Assembly: GCA_038087875.1 (NCBI GenBank)
Contig: JAXLNO010000253.1
Location: forward strand, 62,001 to 126,000
DNA: 64,000 nucleotides
Source: Malacoraja senta
Lineage: Eukaryota
Direction of reading: 5' to 3'
The notes beneath the pieces are model-generated. The model had not been told where the DNA came from. It was given only the letters and a program-made list of their open reading frames with translations, and ran no database searches. Below, piece after piece: positions 37,605-47,648 of the stretch (positions within the stretch are counted from its first letter, which is position 1; every line of letters begins with the position of its first letter). The position numbers were made by a program, and so were the translations under genes.

Positions 37605-38847
37605 ATTCCTCTGGTTTAAAGGGGATCTGATTCATTTCATTCTTGAAATGAATTACTGCATTTGTGGTACAAATGTTATTATGAATGCATGATTGATTAT
37701 TCTCGTTCCGAGTCAATCTATGCAGTGAGAAGCCGGGATTGATCCACGGCATGAAATCACAAAGCTTTAAAATCTTCACGTAGTCACTCACGTGACTCCG
37801 AAGTAAAATAGTAAGATTAAACGAGAACTTACCTAAGTTTGAAGTTTGATCTTTATTTTATGAGGAGTTACGTAGGTGATTACGTGCCCGCCACGACCCT
37901 ACCCTCTATCATAAAGGTCAGATGGAAGTTCTTGTATTACTCGTTTTAGTATGAGACTATATTACTTCGGTTCTTGTTTTTTGTGATTTCACACCGCTGC
38001 TTTGAAGATTGACGCGCAGGCGCACTGACGGGCTTCTTCACGTAATCACCTACGTAACTCCTCATAAAATAAAGATCAAACTTCAAACTTAGGTAAGTTC
38101 TCGTTTAATCTTACTATTCTTTGCAGCTGATTATTGCAATAGCTGATGGAGTAAGAAGAAAATGGACATGTGGTTTGTTTCATCAAAGAACAGCCAAGGT
38201 TTTCATTCCATATAATCTGCAGGTGAACAGTAAGTTTCTTAGCTTCTGCTCTTTGTTATCTCGACACAGAGTTCTTGTCACGTTGCTATTATTTTTGGAT
38301 AACTTTTAACATTCCATGTCTTACTGCAAGTAGAGCTCAATCATAGACATTTCCTTCAAACCTCTTGTCCATGCCTATAAGGTCACTTCTATTGTAAGTA
38401 GTCCAGGTCTCTGAAGCACATGGGAGCACATGGATCACTACTGCTGGCAGACCACTGACCAAGACCTGTGTTGGCCATCTCATTGAAGGTGATCGGGAAT
38501 TTCATCATCAATATCTGTCCTTGTTGATAAGTGTCTCCATAGGTATGAAAACTGGTCCTGTAGTATGAAAACCAATGTGTAACTGTGAACCTTTTTGTCA
38601 GAGGTCAGTATAGTAAGGTGCGCAGCTTGGTGGAAGATCTTAGCCATAACACCCAAACTGTGCCCCTTAAAGATCACAAAAGTAGTGAAAATCATCTTAA
38701 AAATAGTTGTACAAGTTTCTTTCCCCTGTTCTGATGCTGTAAAACATTACAGCAGTTGAAGCATCCAAAGTAACTTCACCAAAGGCTGCCATGTGAGAAC
38801 AGAAGATGTGGGGGAGGGAAAACTGATGTCTTCACCTTGTCTGACCA

Positions 38848-39078
38848 TGGTGGCGCAGTGGTAGGTTTGCTGCCTTACAGCGCCAGGGACCCGGGTTCAA
38901 TCCTGCCTACAGGTGCTGTCTGTATGGAGTTTGTACCTTCATCCCGTTCCCTGCGTGGGTTTCCCCAGGATTTCCGGTTTTCTCCCAAATTCCAAAGATG
39001 TACAAGTTTGTAGGTTAATAGGCATGGTTTAATTGTATGTTGTCCCTGGTGTGTGTAGGATAGTGTTAGTCTGTGAGA
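38848..39078 (+). mobile_element. tRNA-derived SINE (V-SINE/HE1-like)
   Basis: A box tggcgcagtgg, B box ggttcaatcc, then the core gtctgtatggagtttg...gcgtgggttt. Confidence 0.85.
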
Positions 39079-39473
39079 TCAATGAAGAGTCAGTGAAGTA
39101 CGAAGTGGAAAGTATCAATGTCCCAACAGGAACACTTTAATTCCTCACAGATAATGACATCATCCAATCATAGAATTGTGGAATGGTTGCAGCACAGCAG
39201 GTGGCCATTTGACCCATCATATCCATGCTAACTCTCATCCAGTGCAACTCGCTAATTCAACCCCTCTCCTTTTGCCATTACATTGCAGCTTTTTCATCAC
39301 TATATATTTGTCCAATTCTCTCTGGAAAGCCACGATAGAACCCAGCTCCCCAACTGATGCAGATAGTACACTTCAGACTCCAACTATCTGCTGCCCTAAA
39401 AGATTTTCCTCAAGTCATTCTAAAATGTTTCCCCTTTATTTTAAACCTATAACTTTTTGTGCTCAGCCTTTCC

Positions 39474-39663
39474 ACCGAGATGAGAAAAACATTTTTTTTT
39501 CACAGAGGGTGGTGAATCTGTGGAATTCTCTGCCACAGAAGGTAGTTGAGGTCAGTTCATTGGCTATATTTAAGAGGGAGTTAGATGTGGTCCTTGTGGC
39601 TAAAGGGATCAGGGGGTATGGAGAGAAGGCAGGTACAGGATACTGAGTTGGATGATCAGCCAT
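39474..39663 (+). mobile_element. CR1 3' fragment
   Basis: FFSQRVVNLWNSLP...GEKAGTGY. Confidence 0.9.
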
Positions 39664-40035
39664 CTTCTTCTTCTGTCATGTGTCTTTTAGACCTGCAGCT
39701 CCATTGAGGCGAGCCAGGCCAACGTGTCATCGTCCAGGTCAATCAGACCTCGTTCACCATTCGGTGGCCAGTGTTTGGGGCAACTGGTGACGATGTGTGC
39801 TCCACTCTCTGTGTTGGGTCCCCACACTCGCAGGAGGCGCTCGCTGTCCACGAGGCCCCACCTCTTCATCGCTACTCCATAGCGTCCTCAAGACGCCTGT
39901 CCTCAAGCGGTTGAGGGTTGTCCACTGCTTTCGGGGCAGGTCCTGGCCAGGGACGTCCATGGGGTCATCGATGTAACGGTGTGGCCTAGATGGTTCCGCT
40001 GACTTCCACTGGTCTCTCCATCTCGTCTTGACCAT
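39664..40035 (-). mobile_element. RTE-like LINE 3' fragment
   Basis: PGQDLPRKQWTTLNRLRTGV...HIVTSCP on the minus strand, with a (gaa)n tail. Confidence 0.65.
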
Positions 40036-40117
40036 CTCGTCAAAGACAGCCTCTACGCGGCCTCCTCTATGAGTAGCTTACAGGCTCATAAGCCCACAAA
40101 GTGAAACCAATGTCTTT

Positions 40118-40932
40118 ACATAGAAACATAGAAATTAGGTGCAGGAGTAGGCCATTCGGCCCATCGAGCCTGCACCGCCATTCAATATGATCATGGCTGA
40201 TGATCCAACTCAGTATCCCGTACCTGCCTTCTCTCCATACCCTCTGATCCCTTTAGCCACAAGGGCCACATCTAACTCCCTCTTAAATATAGCCAATGAA
40301 CTGGCCTCGACTACCCACTGTGGCAGAGAGTTCCAGAGATTCACCACTCTCTGTGTGAAAAAAGTTCTTCTCATCTCGGTTTTAAAGGATTTCCCCCTTA
40401 TCCTTAAGCTGTGACCCCTTGTCCTGGACTTCCCCAACATCGGGAGCAATCTTCCTGCATCTAGCCTGTCCAACCCCTTAAGTTTCTATAAGATCCCCTC
40501 TCAATCTCCTAAATTCTAGAGAGTATAAACCAAGTCTATCCAGTCTTTCTTCATAAGACAGTCCTGACATCCCAGGAATCAGTCTGGTGAACCTTCTCTA
40601 TACTCCCTCTATGGCAATAATGTCCTTCCTCAGATTTGGAGACCAAAACTGTACGCAATACTCCAGGTGTGGTCTCACCAAGACCCTGTACAACTGCAGT
40701 AGAACCTCCCTGCTCCTATACTCAAATCCTTTTGCTATGAAAGCTAACATACCATTCGCTTTCTTCACTGCCTGCTGCACCTGCATGCCTACTTTCAATG
40801 ACTGGTGTACCATGACACCCAGGTCTCGTTGCATCTCCCCGTTTCCTAGTCGGCCACCATTTAGATAATAGTCTGCTTTCCCGTTTTTGCCACCAAAGTG
40901 GATAACCTCACATTTATCCACATTATACTGCA
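40118..40932 (-). mobile_element. CR1 LINE, 5'-truncated
   Basis: ORFs 40210-40473 and 40598-40978; catagaaa tail. Confidence 0.95.
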
Positions 40933-41719
40933 ACCACGTCTGCAGACCGCTAAAAGCCATTCCAAGGCCAGGCGGCACCGTTAAATGCCGCTAACTGTCG
41001 AGGTTTAGTGCTACTGCAGCTCAATGTTGAAGGCCTTACCACCGCCAAGCTCAACGTCATCGAACAGATGATCAGCCATGATCACATTGAATGGCGGTGC
41101 TGGCTCGAAGGGCCGAATGGCCTCCTGCTGCACTTGTTGTCTATGTTTCTATGAAACCACCCACACCCACCCTCTCTCATCTCTCTCCATCTCCCTCCAT
41201 TTTCTCTCTCCATCTTTCTGTCACCAGGGTCCGGGGTCTCGGGGCCGGTTTCATCTTCATCTTGTTCCCGCCCAAAGCTTCAACCGCCAACCGCCGACCT
41301 CATCTGCCCTCACCAAGATGGCCGCCGGCTGATGACTTCATCTGCCCTCACCAAGATGGCTGCCGGCTGCCGGCCTCACCTGCCCTCACCATAATGGCCG
41401 CCCGCCCGCCGGTCCCGAGGTGTGAAGCAGCATCATCACATTCGCCGCCATTTTGTGTCGGCCTTCACATTTAAATACAAACCGCCATCGAGCAACTGCC
41501 AGCTGAAGCCACGCCCTCGGATCGGCGGTGACGTAACGGCGCAGGGCGGGAGGAGAGGGCGGGCGGAGTGGGCGGACGTCACGGCGCAGAGCGGGCGGAG
41601 AGGGCGGACGTCACGGCGCAGGGCGGGCGGGGAGGGCGGACGTCACGGCGTAGGGCGGGTGGGGAGGGCGGACGTCACGACGCAGGGCGGGCGGGGAGGG
41701 CGGTTCATCTTCATCTTGT

Positions 41720-42555
41720 GTTAAAGAAGGAACTGCAGATGCTGGAAAATCGAAGGTACACAAAAATGCTGGAGAAACTCAGCGGGTGCAGCAGCATCTA
41801 TGGAGCGAAGGAAATAGGTAACGTTTCGGGCCGAAACCCTTCTTCAGACTGATAGGGGGTGGGGAGAAGAAAGGAAAAAAGGAAAAGGAGGAGGAGGAGC
41901 CCGAGGGTTGGGGGAGGGGAGGAGACAACCAGATGGCTGATGAAGGGGAGGGGACAGCCAGGGCTAGCAGAATTGGGAGAATTCAACGTTCAGGCCACCA
42001 GGGTGTAGACTGCCCAAGCGGAATATGAGGTGCATTTCCTCCAATTTACGGTGTTGCTCGCTGTGGCCATGGAGGAGACCCAGGACAGAGAGGTCAGATA
42101 CGGAATGGGAGGGGGAGTTGAAGTGCTGAGCCACCGGGAGTTCAGGTCCGCAATAACCAACCTGAACTCCTGGTGGCTCAGCACTTCAACTCCCCCTCCC
42201 ATTCCGTATCTGACCTCTCTGTCCTGGGTCTCCTCCATGGCCACAGCGAGCAACACCGTAAATTGGAGGAAATGCACCTCATATTCCGCTTGGGCAGTCT
42301 ACACCCTGGTGGCCTGAACGTTGAATTCTCCCAATTCTGCTAGCCCTGGCTGTCCCCTCCCCTTCATCAGCCATCTGGTTGTCTCCTCCCCTCCCCCAAC
42401 CCTCGGGCTCCTCCTCCTCCTTTTCCTTTTTTCCTTTCTTCTCCCCACCCCCTATCAGTCTGAAGAAGGGTTTCGGCCCGAAACGTTACCTATTTCCTTC
42501 GCTCCATAGATGCTGCTGCACCCGCTGAGTTTCTCCAGCATTTTTGTGTACCTTC
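41720..42555. mobile_element. Penelope-like 3'-terminal fragments arranged as an inverted repeat
   Basis: Arms 41752-42147 and 42160-42555 match the 3' end of the PLE ORF and UTR at 44175-44490. Flanked by the direct repeat ttcatcttcatcttgt. Confidence 0.92.
42456..42492 (+). ncRNA. Putative minimal type I hammerhead ribozyme in the PLE terminal repeat
   Basis: CUGAAGA-A-GGG(uuucgg)CCC-GAAAC-GUU. Minus-strand copies at ~41816-41852 and ~42945-42982. Confidence 0.6.
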
Positions 42556-42883
42556 ATCTTCATCTTGTTCCCGCTCCACGTCTCCAACCGCCAACCCCGC
42601 GCCCGCCCGCGACCTCACCAAGATGGCCGCCCGCCGGTTCCGCCCCCCCCCCCCCCCCCCGGGGCCGAGTCTCCCCGTCGACCGCATGAAAATGGCGGCG
42701 GGCGGGCGGGCGGAGAAGCGTCAGTTGGTGACGTCGCTGCCGACGGACCTGAGGTAAATAAATAAATAACTGATCATCAGCGGCTGCAGCGGATTGTGCG
42801 GGATCGGGTCACGTGGGGGAGAAGTGAGTGGGTGAGTGAGGTCAATGACCACATACAGTACAGTACAGTACAGTACAGGCCGG

Positions 42884-44490
42884 AGGTACACAAAAATGCT
42901 GGAGAAACTCAGCGGGTGCAGCAGCATCTATGGAGCGAAGGAAATAGGTAACGTTTCGGGCCGAAACCCTTCTTCAGACTGATAGGGGGTGGGGAGAAGA
43001 AAGGCGGAGGAGGAGCCCGAGGGCTGGGGGAGGGGAGGAGACAGCCAGATGGCTGATGAAGGGGAGGGGACAGCCAGGGCTAGCAGAATTGGGAGAATTC
43101 AATGTTCAAGCCCCCATAGCTACCTCCGCTTCAATGCGTACCAGGGCCCCATCCCCGACCTCTACCTCCGCTCCAAATACAAGGCGTAGCTATGGGCACA
43201 CGCATGGGCCCCAGCTACGCCTGCCTCTTTGTCGGGTACGTAGAACAATCCTTGTTCAATACGTACCAGGGCCCCATCCCCGACCTCTACCTCCGCTACA
43301 TCGATGACTGTTTTGGTGCCACATCCTGCACCCACACACAACTGACTGACTTCATCCGCTTCACCACCAACTTCCATCCGGCACTCAAATACACCTGGAC
43401 CATTTCCGACACTTCCCTACCATTCCTTGACCTCACTATCTCCATCGCAGGTGATAGACTCCTTACCGACATCCACTACAAACCTACCGACTCCCATGGC
43501 TATCTGGACTACACTTCTTCCCACCCTGCTTCCTGTAAGGACTCCATCCCCCACTCCCAATTCCTCCGTCTACGCCGCATCTGCTCCCAGGATGAGGCGT
43601 TCCACACCAGGGCATCTGAAATGTCCTCATTCTTCAGGGAACGGGGGTTCCCCTCCTCCACCATAGATGAGGCTCGCACCAGGGTCTCTGCCATACCCCG
43701 CAACACTGCTCTCTCTCCCCATCCCCCCACTCACAACAAAGGCAGAGTCCCCCTAGTCCTCACCTTTCACCCCACCAGCCGTCACATACAACAAGTGATC
43801 CTCCGTCAGTTTCGCCAACTCCAACGTGACCCCACCACTCGCCACATCTTCCCATCTCCCCCTATGTCTGCCTTCCGCAAAGACCGCTCCCTCCGTAACT
43901 CCCTTGTCAATTCTTCCCTTCCCTCCCATACCACCCCCTCCCCTGGTACTTTCCCTTGCAACCGCAAGAGATGCAACACTTGTCCCTTCACTTCCCCCCT
44001 CCACTCCATTCAAGGACCCAAGCAGTCGTTCCAGGTGCGACAGAGGTTCACCTGCATCTCCTCCAACCTCATCTATTGCATTCGCTGCTCTAGATGCCAG
44101 CTGATCTACATCGGTGAGACCAAGCGGAGGCTTGGCGATCGTTTCGCCGAACACCTCTGGTCGGTCCGCAATAACCAACCTGAACTCCCGGTGGCTCAGC
44201 ACTTCAACTCCCCCTCCCATTCCGTATCTGACCTCTCTGTCCTGGGTCTCCTCCATGGCCACAGCGAGCAACACCGTAAATTTGAGGAAATGCACCTCAT
44301 ATTCCGCTTGGGCAGTCTACATCCTGGTGGCCTGAACGTTGAATTCTCCCAATTCTGCTAGCCCTGGCTGTCCCCTCCCCTTCATCAGCCATCTGGTTGT
44401 CTCCTCCCCTCCCCCAGCCCTTGGGCTCCTCCTCCGCCTTTTCCTTTTTTCCTTTCTTCTCCCCACCCCCTATCAGTCTGAAGAAGGGTC
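42884..44490 (+). mobile_element. Penelope-like element, 5'-truncated, preceded by an inverted terminal repeat
   Basis: Inverted 3' end at 42884-43108, ORF 43192-44361, then 3' UTR to 44490. Confidence 0.93.
43192..44361 (+). CDS. Penelope RT (partial), thumb, Cys linker and GIY-YIG endonuclease; frame still open
   Basis: AMGTRMGPSYA, RYIDD, LPFLD, YKPTD..YL...S.HP, C...RC.TC, NLIYCI.C..C..IYIGET.R.L..RF.EH, GLN. Confidence 0.9.
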   Translation: MGTRMGPSYACLFVGYVEQSLFNTYQGPIPDLYLRYIDDCFGATSCTHTQLTDFIRFTTNFHPALKYTWTISDTSLPFLDLTISIAGDRLLTDIHYKPTDSHGYLDYTSSHPASCKDSIPHSQFLRLRRICSQDEAFHTRASEMSSFFRERGFPSSTIDEARTRVSAIPRNTALSPHPPTHNKGRVPLVLTFHPTSRHIQQVILRQFRQLQRDPTTRHIFPSPPMSAFRKDRSLRNSLVNSSLPSHTTPSPGTFPCNRKRCNTCPFTSPLHSIQGPKQSFQVRQRFTCISSNLIYCIRCSRCQLIYIGETKRRLGDRFAEHLWSVRNNQPELPVAQHFNSPSHSVSDLSVLGLLHGHSEQHRKFEEMHLIFRLGSLHPGGLNVEFSQFC

Positions 44491-44494
44491 AAAC

Positions 44495-45097
44495 GGGGGT
44501 AAATAATGTTATAAACACACAGGGGAACAAAATACACCCGGTCTGGGGTAAAACTGAGGTAAAGTAAATAAGTTTATTGCCAAGTATTCACATACAAGGA
44601 ATTTGCCTTGGTGCTCCGCCCACAAGTAACAACATGACATACAGTGACAGTAAATAATGTTATAAACACACAGGGGAGCGGAATAAACCCGGTCTGGGGT
44701 AAATAATGTTATAAACACACTGGGGAACAAAATACACAAACAGCCCCACAGCCATCAGGATATTGAACTCAACTCAAACACAACTCTGAATATTAATAGC
44801 CCATTATCAGTTTATTTGCACTTTATCTGTTATATTTATACATGTGTGTATATATTTATACAATGGTATATGGACACACTGATCTGTTCTGGATTCATGC
44901 TGTCTATATTTTGTGCTGAAGCAAAGCAAGAATGTAATTGTCCTATCTGGGACACACGACAATAAACTCTCTTGAATCTTGAATAAACCCAGTCTGGGGT
45001 AAATAATGTTATAAACACACAGGGGAGCAAATTAAACCCGGTCTGGGGTAAAACTGGGGTAAATAAAGTTCTAAACACAAAGGGGAGCGGAATAAAC
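44495..45097. repeat. Interrupted ~50-60-bp minisatellite
   Basis: ggggtaaataatgttataaacacacagggga...aaacccggtct recurs near 44497, 44650, 44697, 44997 and 45057. Confidence 0.75.
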
Positions 45098-45390
45098 AAG
45101 TTGGCATTTCATAAGAACCACATGAATCCTCAGGCTGCCTTTTAAACCCATGTCCATAAATTTTGAGTAACGGTTGTATCTGTGCTATTGTGGCTTTTTA
45201 AAAAATGTTTATTCTTGAAATTAAAACCATTATTCATTATGATAAAAGAAAACAAAATGACAGAAAGGACCATGACAAAATTAAAATTACATTGAATTAA
45301 GTGAAAATTATAAAAGCATTACTCCAAAATGTATTAAACTAAGGCCACAGGTATGAGCTAAATGGCTAAATTATGGCAAAAAAAATGTGC

Positions 45391-46308
45391 ATAGAAACCA
45401 TAGAAAATAGGTGCAGGAGGAGGCCATTCGGCCCCTCGAGCCAGCCCCGTCATTCATTGTGAACATGGCTGATCGTCCCCAATCAATAACCCGTGCCTGC
45501 CTTCTTCCCATATCCTTTGACTCCACTAGCCCCTAGAGCTCTATCTAACTCTCTCTTAAATCCATCCAGTGATTTGGCCTCCACTGCCCTCTGTGTCAGG
45601 GAATTCCATAAATTCACAACTCTCTGGGTGAAAAAGTTTTTTCTCACCTCAGTCTTAAATGACCTCCCCTTTATTCTAAGACTGGCCCCTGGTTCTGGAC
45701 TCGCCCAACATTGGGAACATTTTTCCTGCATCTAGCTTGTCCAGTCCTTTTATAATTTTATATGTTTCCATAAGATCCCCCCTCATCCTTCTAAACTCCA
45801 GTGAATACAAGTCTAGTCTTTTCAATCTTTCCTCATATGACAGTCCGGCCATCCCAGGGATCAATCTCGTGAACCTACGCTGCACTGCCTCAATCACAAG
45901 GATGTCCTTCCTCAAATTAGGAGACCAAAACTGTACACAATACTCCAGATGTGGTCTCACCAGAGCCCTATACAACTGCAGAAGAACCTCTTTACTCCTA
46001 TACTGAAATCCTCTTGTTATGAAGGCCAACATTCCATTTGCTTTCTTCATTGCCTGCTGTACCTGCACGCCAACTTTCAGTGACCGGTGTACAAGGATAC
46101 CCAGGTCTCGCTCTACCTCCCCCTTACCTAACCTAACCCCATTGAGATAATAATCTGCCCCCTTATTTTTGCCACCAAAGTGGATAACCTCACATTTATC
46201 TAGTATACTGCATCTGCCACACATCTGCCCAACCTATCCAGGTCATCCTGCAACCACCTAACATCCTCTTCACAGTTCACACTGCCACCCAGCTTTGTGT
46301 CATCCGCA
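45391..46308 (-). mobile_element. CR1 LINE, 5'-truncated
   Basis: ORFs 45483-45731 and 45676-46224. Similar to the subfamily at 10990-14018. Confidence 0.95.
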
Positions 46309-47064
46309 ATAGTGCAATAGAAATTAAAAGTAAATGTCTAAGTAGTTAAGTTTGCTACAAAAGTACATACCTAAAATTTATTAATAACGTCTGAGGAACA
46401 GAATTGCTTCTGTCAGAGAGAGAGAGAGAGAGAGAGAGTGAGAGAGAAAGTGGAAGGAGGAGAGGGGTGAGAAGCTGGAGGTGGAAAGGGGGTGAAGTGA
46501 GTAGCGGGGGTAAACAGGCAGCAAAGGGAGGGCGGGAGGATTCAAGGGGGAGTGGGTTTGGTGCCGAGGGGGATGAATGGGGGGAAGGGAACTGGGGGGG
46601 GGGAGATAGAGGGGTCAAGTGGGCCAAGGAAGGGGGTAAGGAGCCAGGTGGGGATGGGTTCACATTGTTTGGGGGTGGGGAGGACGGGGGAGGGAGCAAA
46701 GGGGTGTAAGGAGCAGGAGGCGGCAGGGGAAAGGGGCAGGGAGCCACAGGGAGGAGGTCACATTGTTTGGAGGTGGGGAGGGTGTTGCAGTTTAGGAAGT
46801 CAAACCAGGGCAGGGTCTTCACTATGAATGGCAGGGCACTGGGGGAATGTTTGGAGCCAGGGATCTAGGAGTGCAAGTATGAGTTGGGCCGAAGGGCCTC
46901 TTTCCAACTGTATTACTCTATGAATCTGTGACAAAGTCCTGGAGTAATTCAGCGGGTCAGGCAGCATCTGTGGAGAAGATAGACAAAGTTCTGGAGTAAT
47001 TCAGCGGGTCAGGCAGCATCTGTGGAGAGAAGGAATGGGTGACATTTTGGGTCGAGACCCTTTG

Positions 47065-47378
47065 GTTTAGTTTAGTTTAGAGATGCAGCGCGGAAACATG
47101 TCTTTCGGCCCACGGACTCTGCGCCGACCAGCGATCACCCCGTACACTAGCACTATCCTACGCACATTAGGGACAATTTAACAAATTTGCGGAGTCCGAT
47201 TAATTTACAACCCTGAACGTCTTTGAAATGTTGGAGGAAACTGGAGCACCCGGAGTGAAAACCCGCGCAGGTCAAGGGGAGAATGTGCAAACTCTGCACA
47301 GACAGCACCCATAGTCAGGATCGAGCCCGGGTCTCTGGCGGTGAGGCAACAACTATACCGCTGCGCCCCTGTGCCGCG
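47065..47378 (-). mobile_element. tRNA-derived SINE (V-SINE/HE1-like)
   Basis: Minus strand ggcacaggggcgcagcggtatagttgttgcctcac...ggctcgatcc, with an (actaa)n tail. Confidence 0.85.
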
Positions 47379-47648
47379 CAGAATTATATAATGGTTTCCT
47401 CTGCCATAAATACACCCAATATGTGCTAGTAATGTCCTGTTTGCCAGCTTGTTGACCCACTGTGTTCCCCTCCTGCAGGGTTTAGGAGCCGTTGCTGTGG
47501 ACGGAGAGATGGGGACGTGAGCGGCCATTGAGGGCGGCCACGGTGCCAGTGAGCCCCCCCCCCCCAACTGCTCGGTGTGCGGGCTGAGCTACGAGGGGCT
47601 GAGATTCGATGGGGGACCACATGACGGGGCACAACAAGGAGAAGCATT

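Larger units (their letters stand above)
33150..38118 (+). mobile_element. Complete DIRS1-like tyrosine-recombinase retrotransposon (degenerate ORFs)
   Basis: Inverted repeats at 33177-33211 and 38010-38044. Internal complementary region ~37774-37886 matches both termini. gag-RT-RH-MT-YR order; ATT at both ends. Confidence 0.95.
32994..38229 (+). pseudogene. IgSF gene exon E: C2-type WxC domain split by DIRS (32994-33152 plus 38119-38229)
   Basis: Joined halves read in frame: VTTEPSGAVTEGRKITLTCSVSHVTESMRLVWIN...QEDN/SLQLIIAIADGVRRKWTCGLFHQ...LQVN, with ttccag| acceptor and A|gtaagt donor. Confidence 0.88.
41230..42830 (+). promoter_or_regulatory. CpG-island promoter and probable non-coding first exon of the zinc-finger gene (interrupted by a Penelope palindrome)
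   Basis: High CpG density, repeated gggcgg GC boxes, gacgtcac CRE-like motifs, and YY1-like aagatggc/aaaatggcggc. Donor-like ctgag|gtaaat at 42753/42754 pairs with the cctgcag| acceptor at 47478. Confidence 0.65.

Noticed and set aside
29230..38229. Assigning the symbol CD4 or LAG3, or calling these Ig/TCR V segments
   Set aside because: No cytoplasmic motif or synteny in the window, and exons end in splice donors rather than recombination signal sequences.
38848..38925. tRNA gene
   Set aside because: The A and B boxes belong to a SINE head that continues into SINE core sequence; no complete cloverleaf.
46404..46827. Gly/Glu-rich and Pro-rich ORFs
   Set aside because: Purine-rich low-complexity intronic tract.
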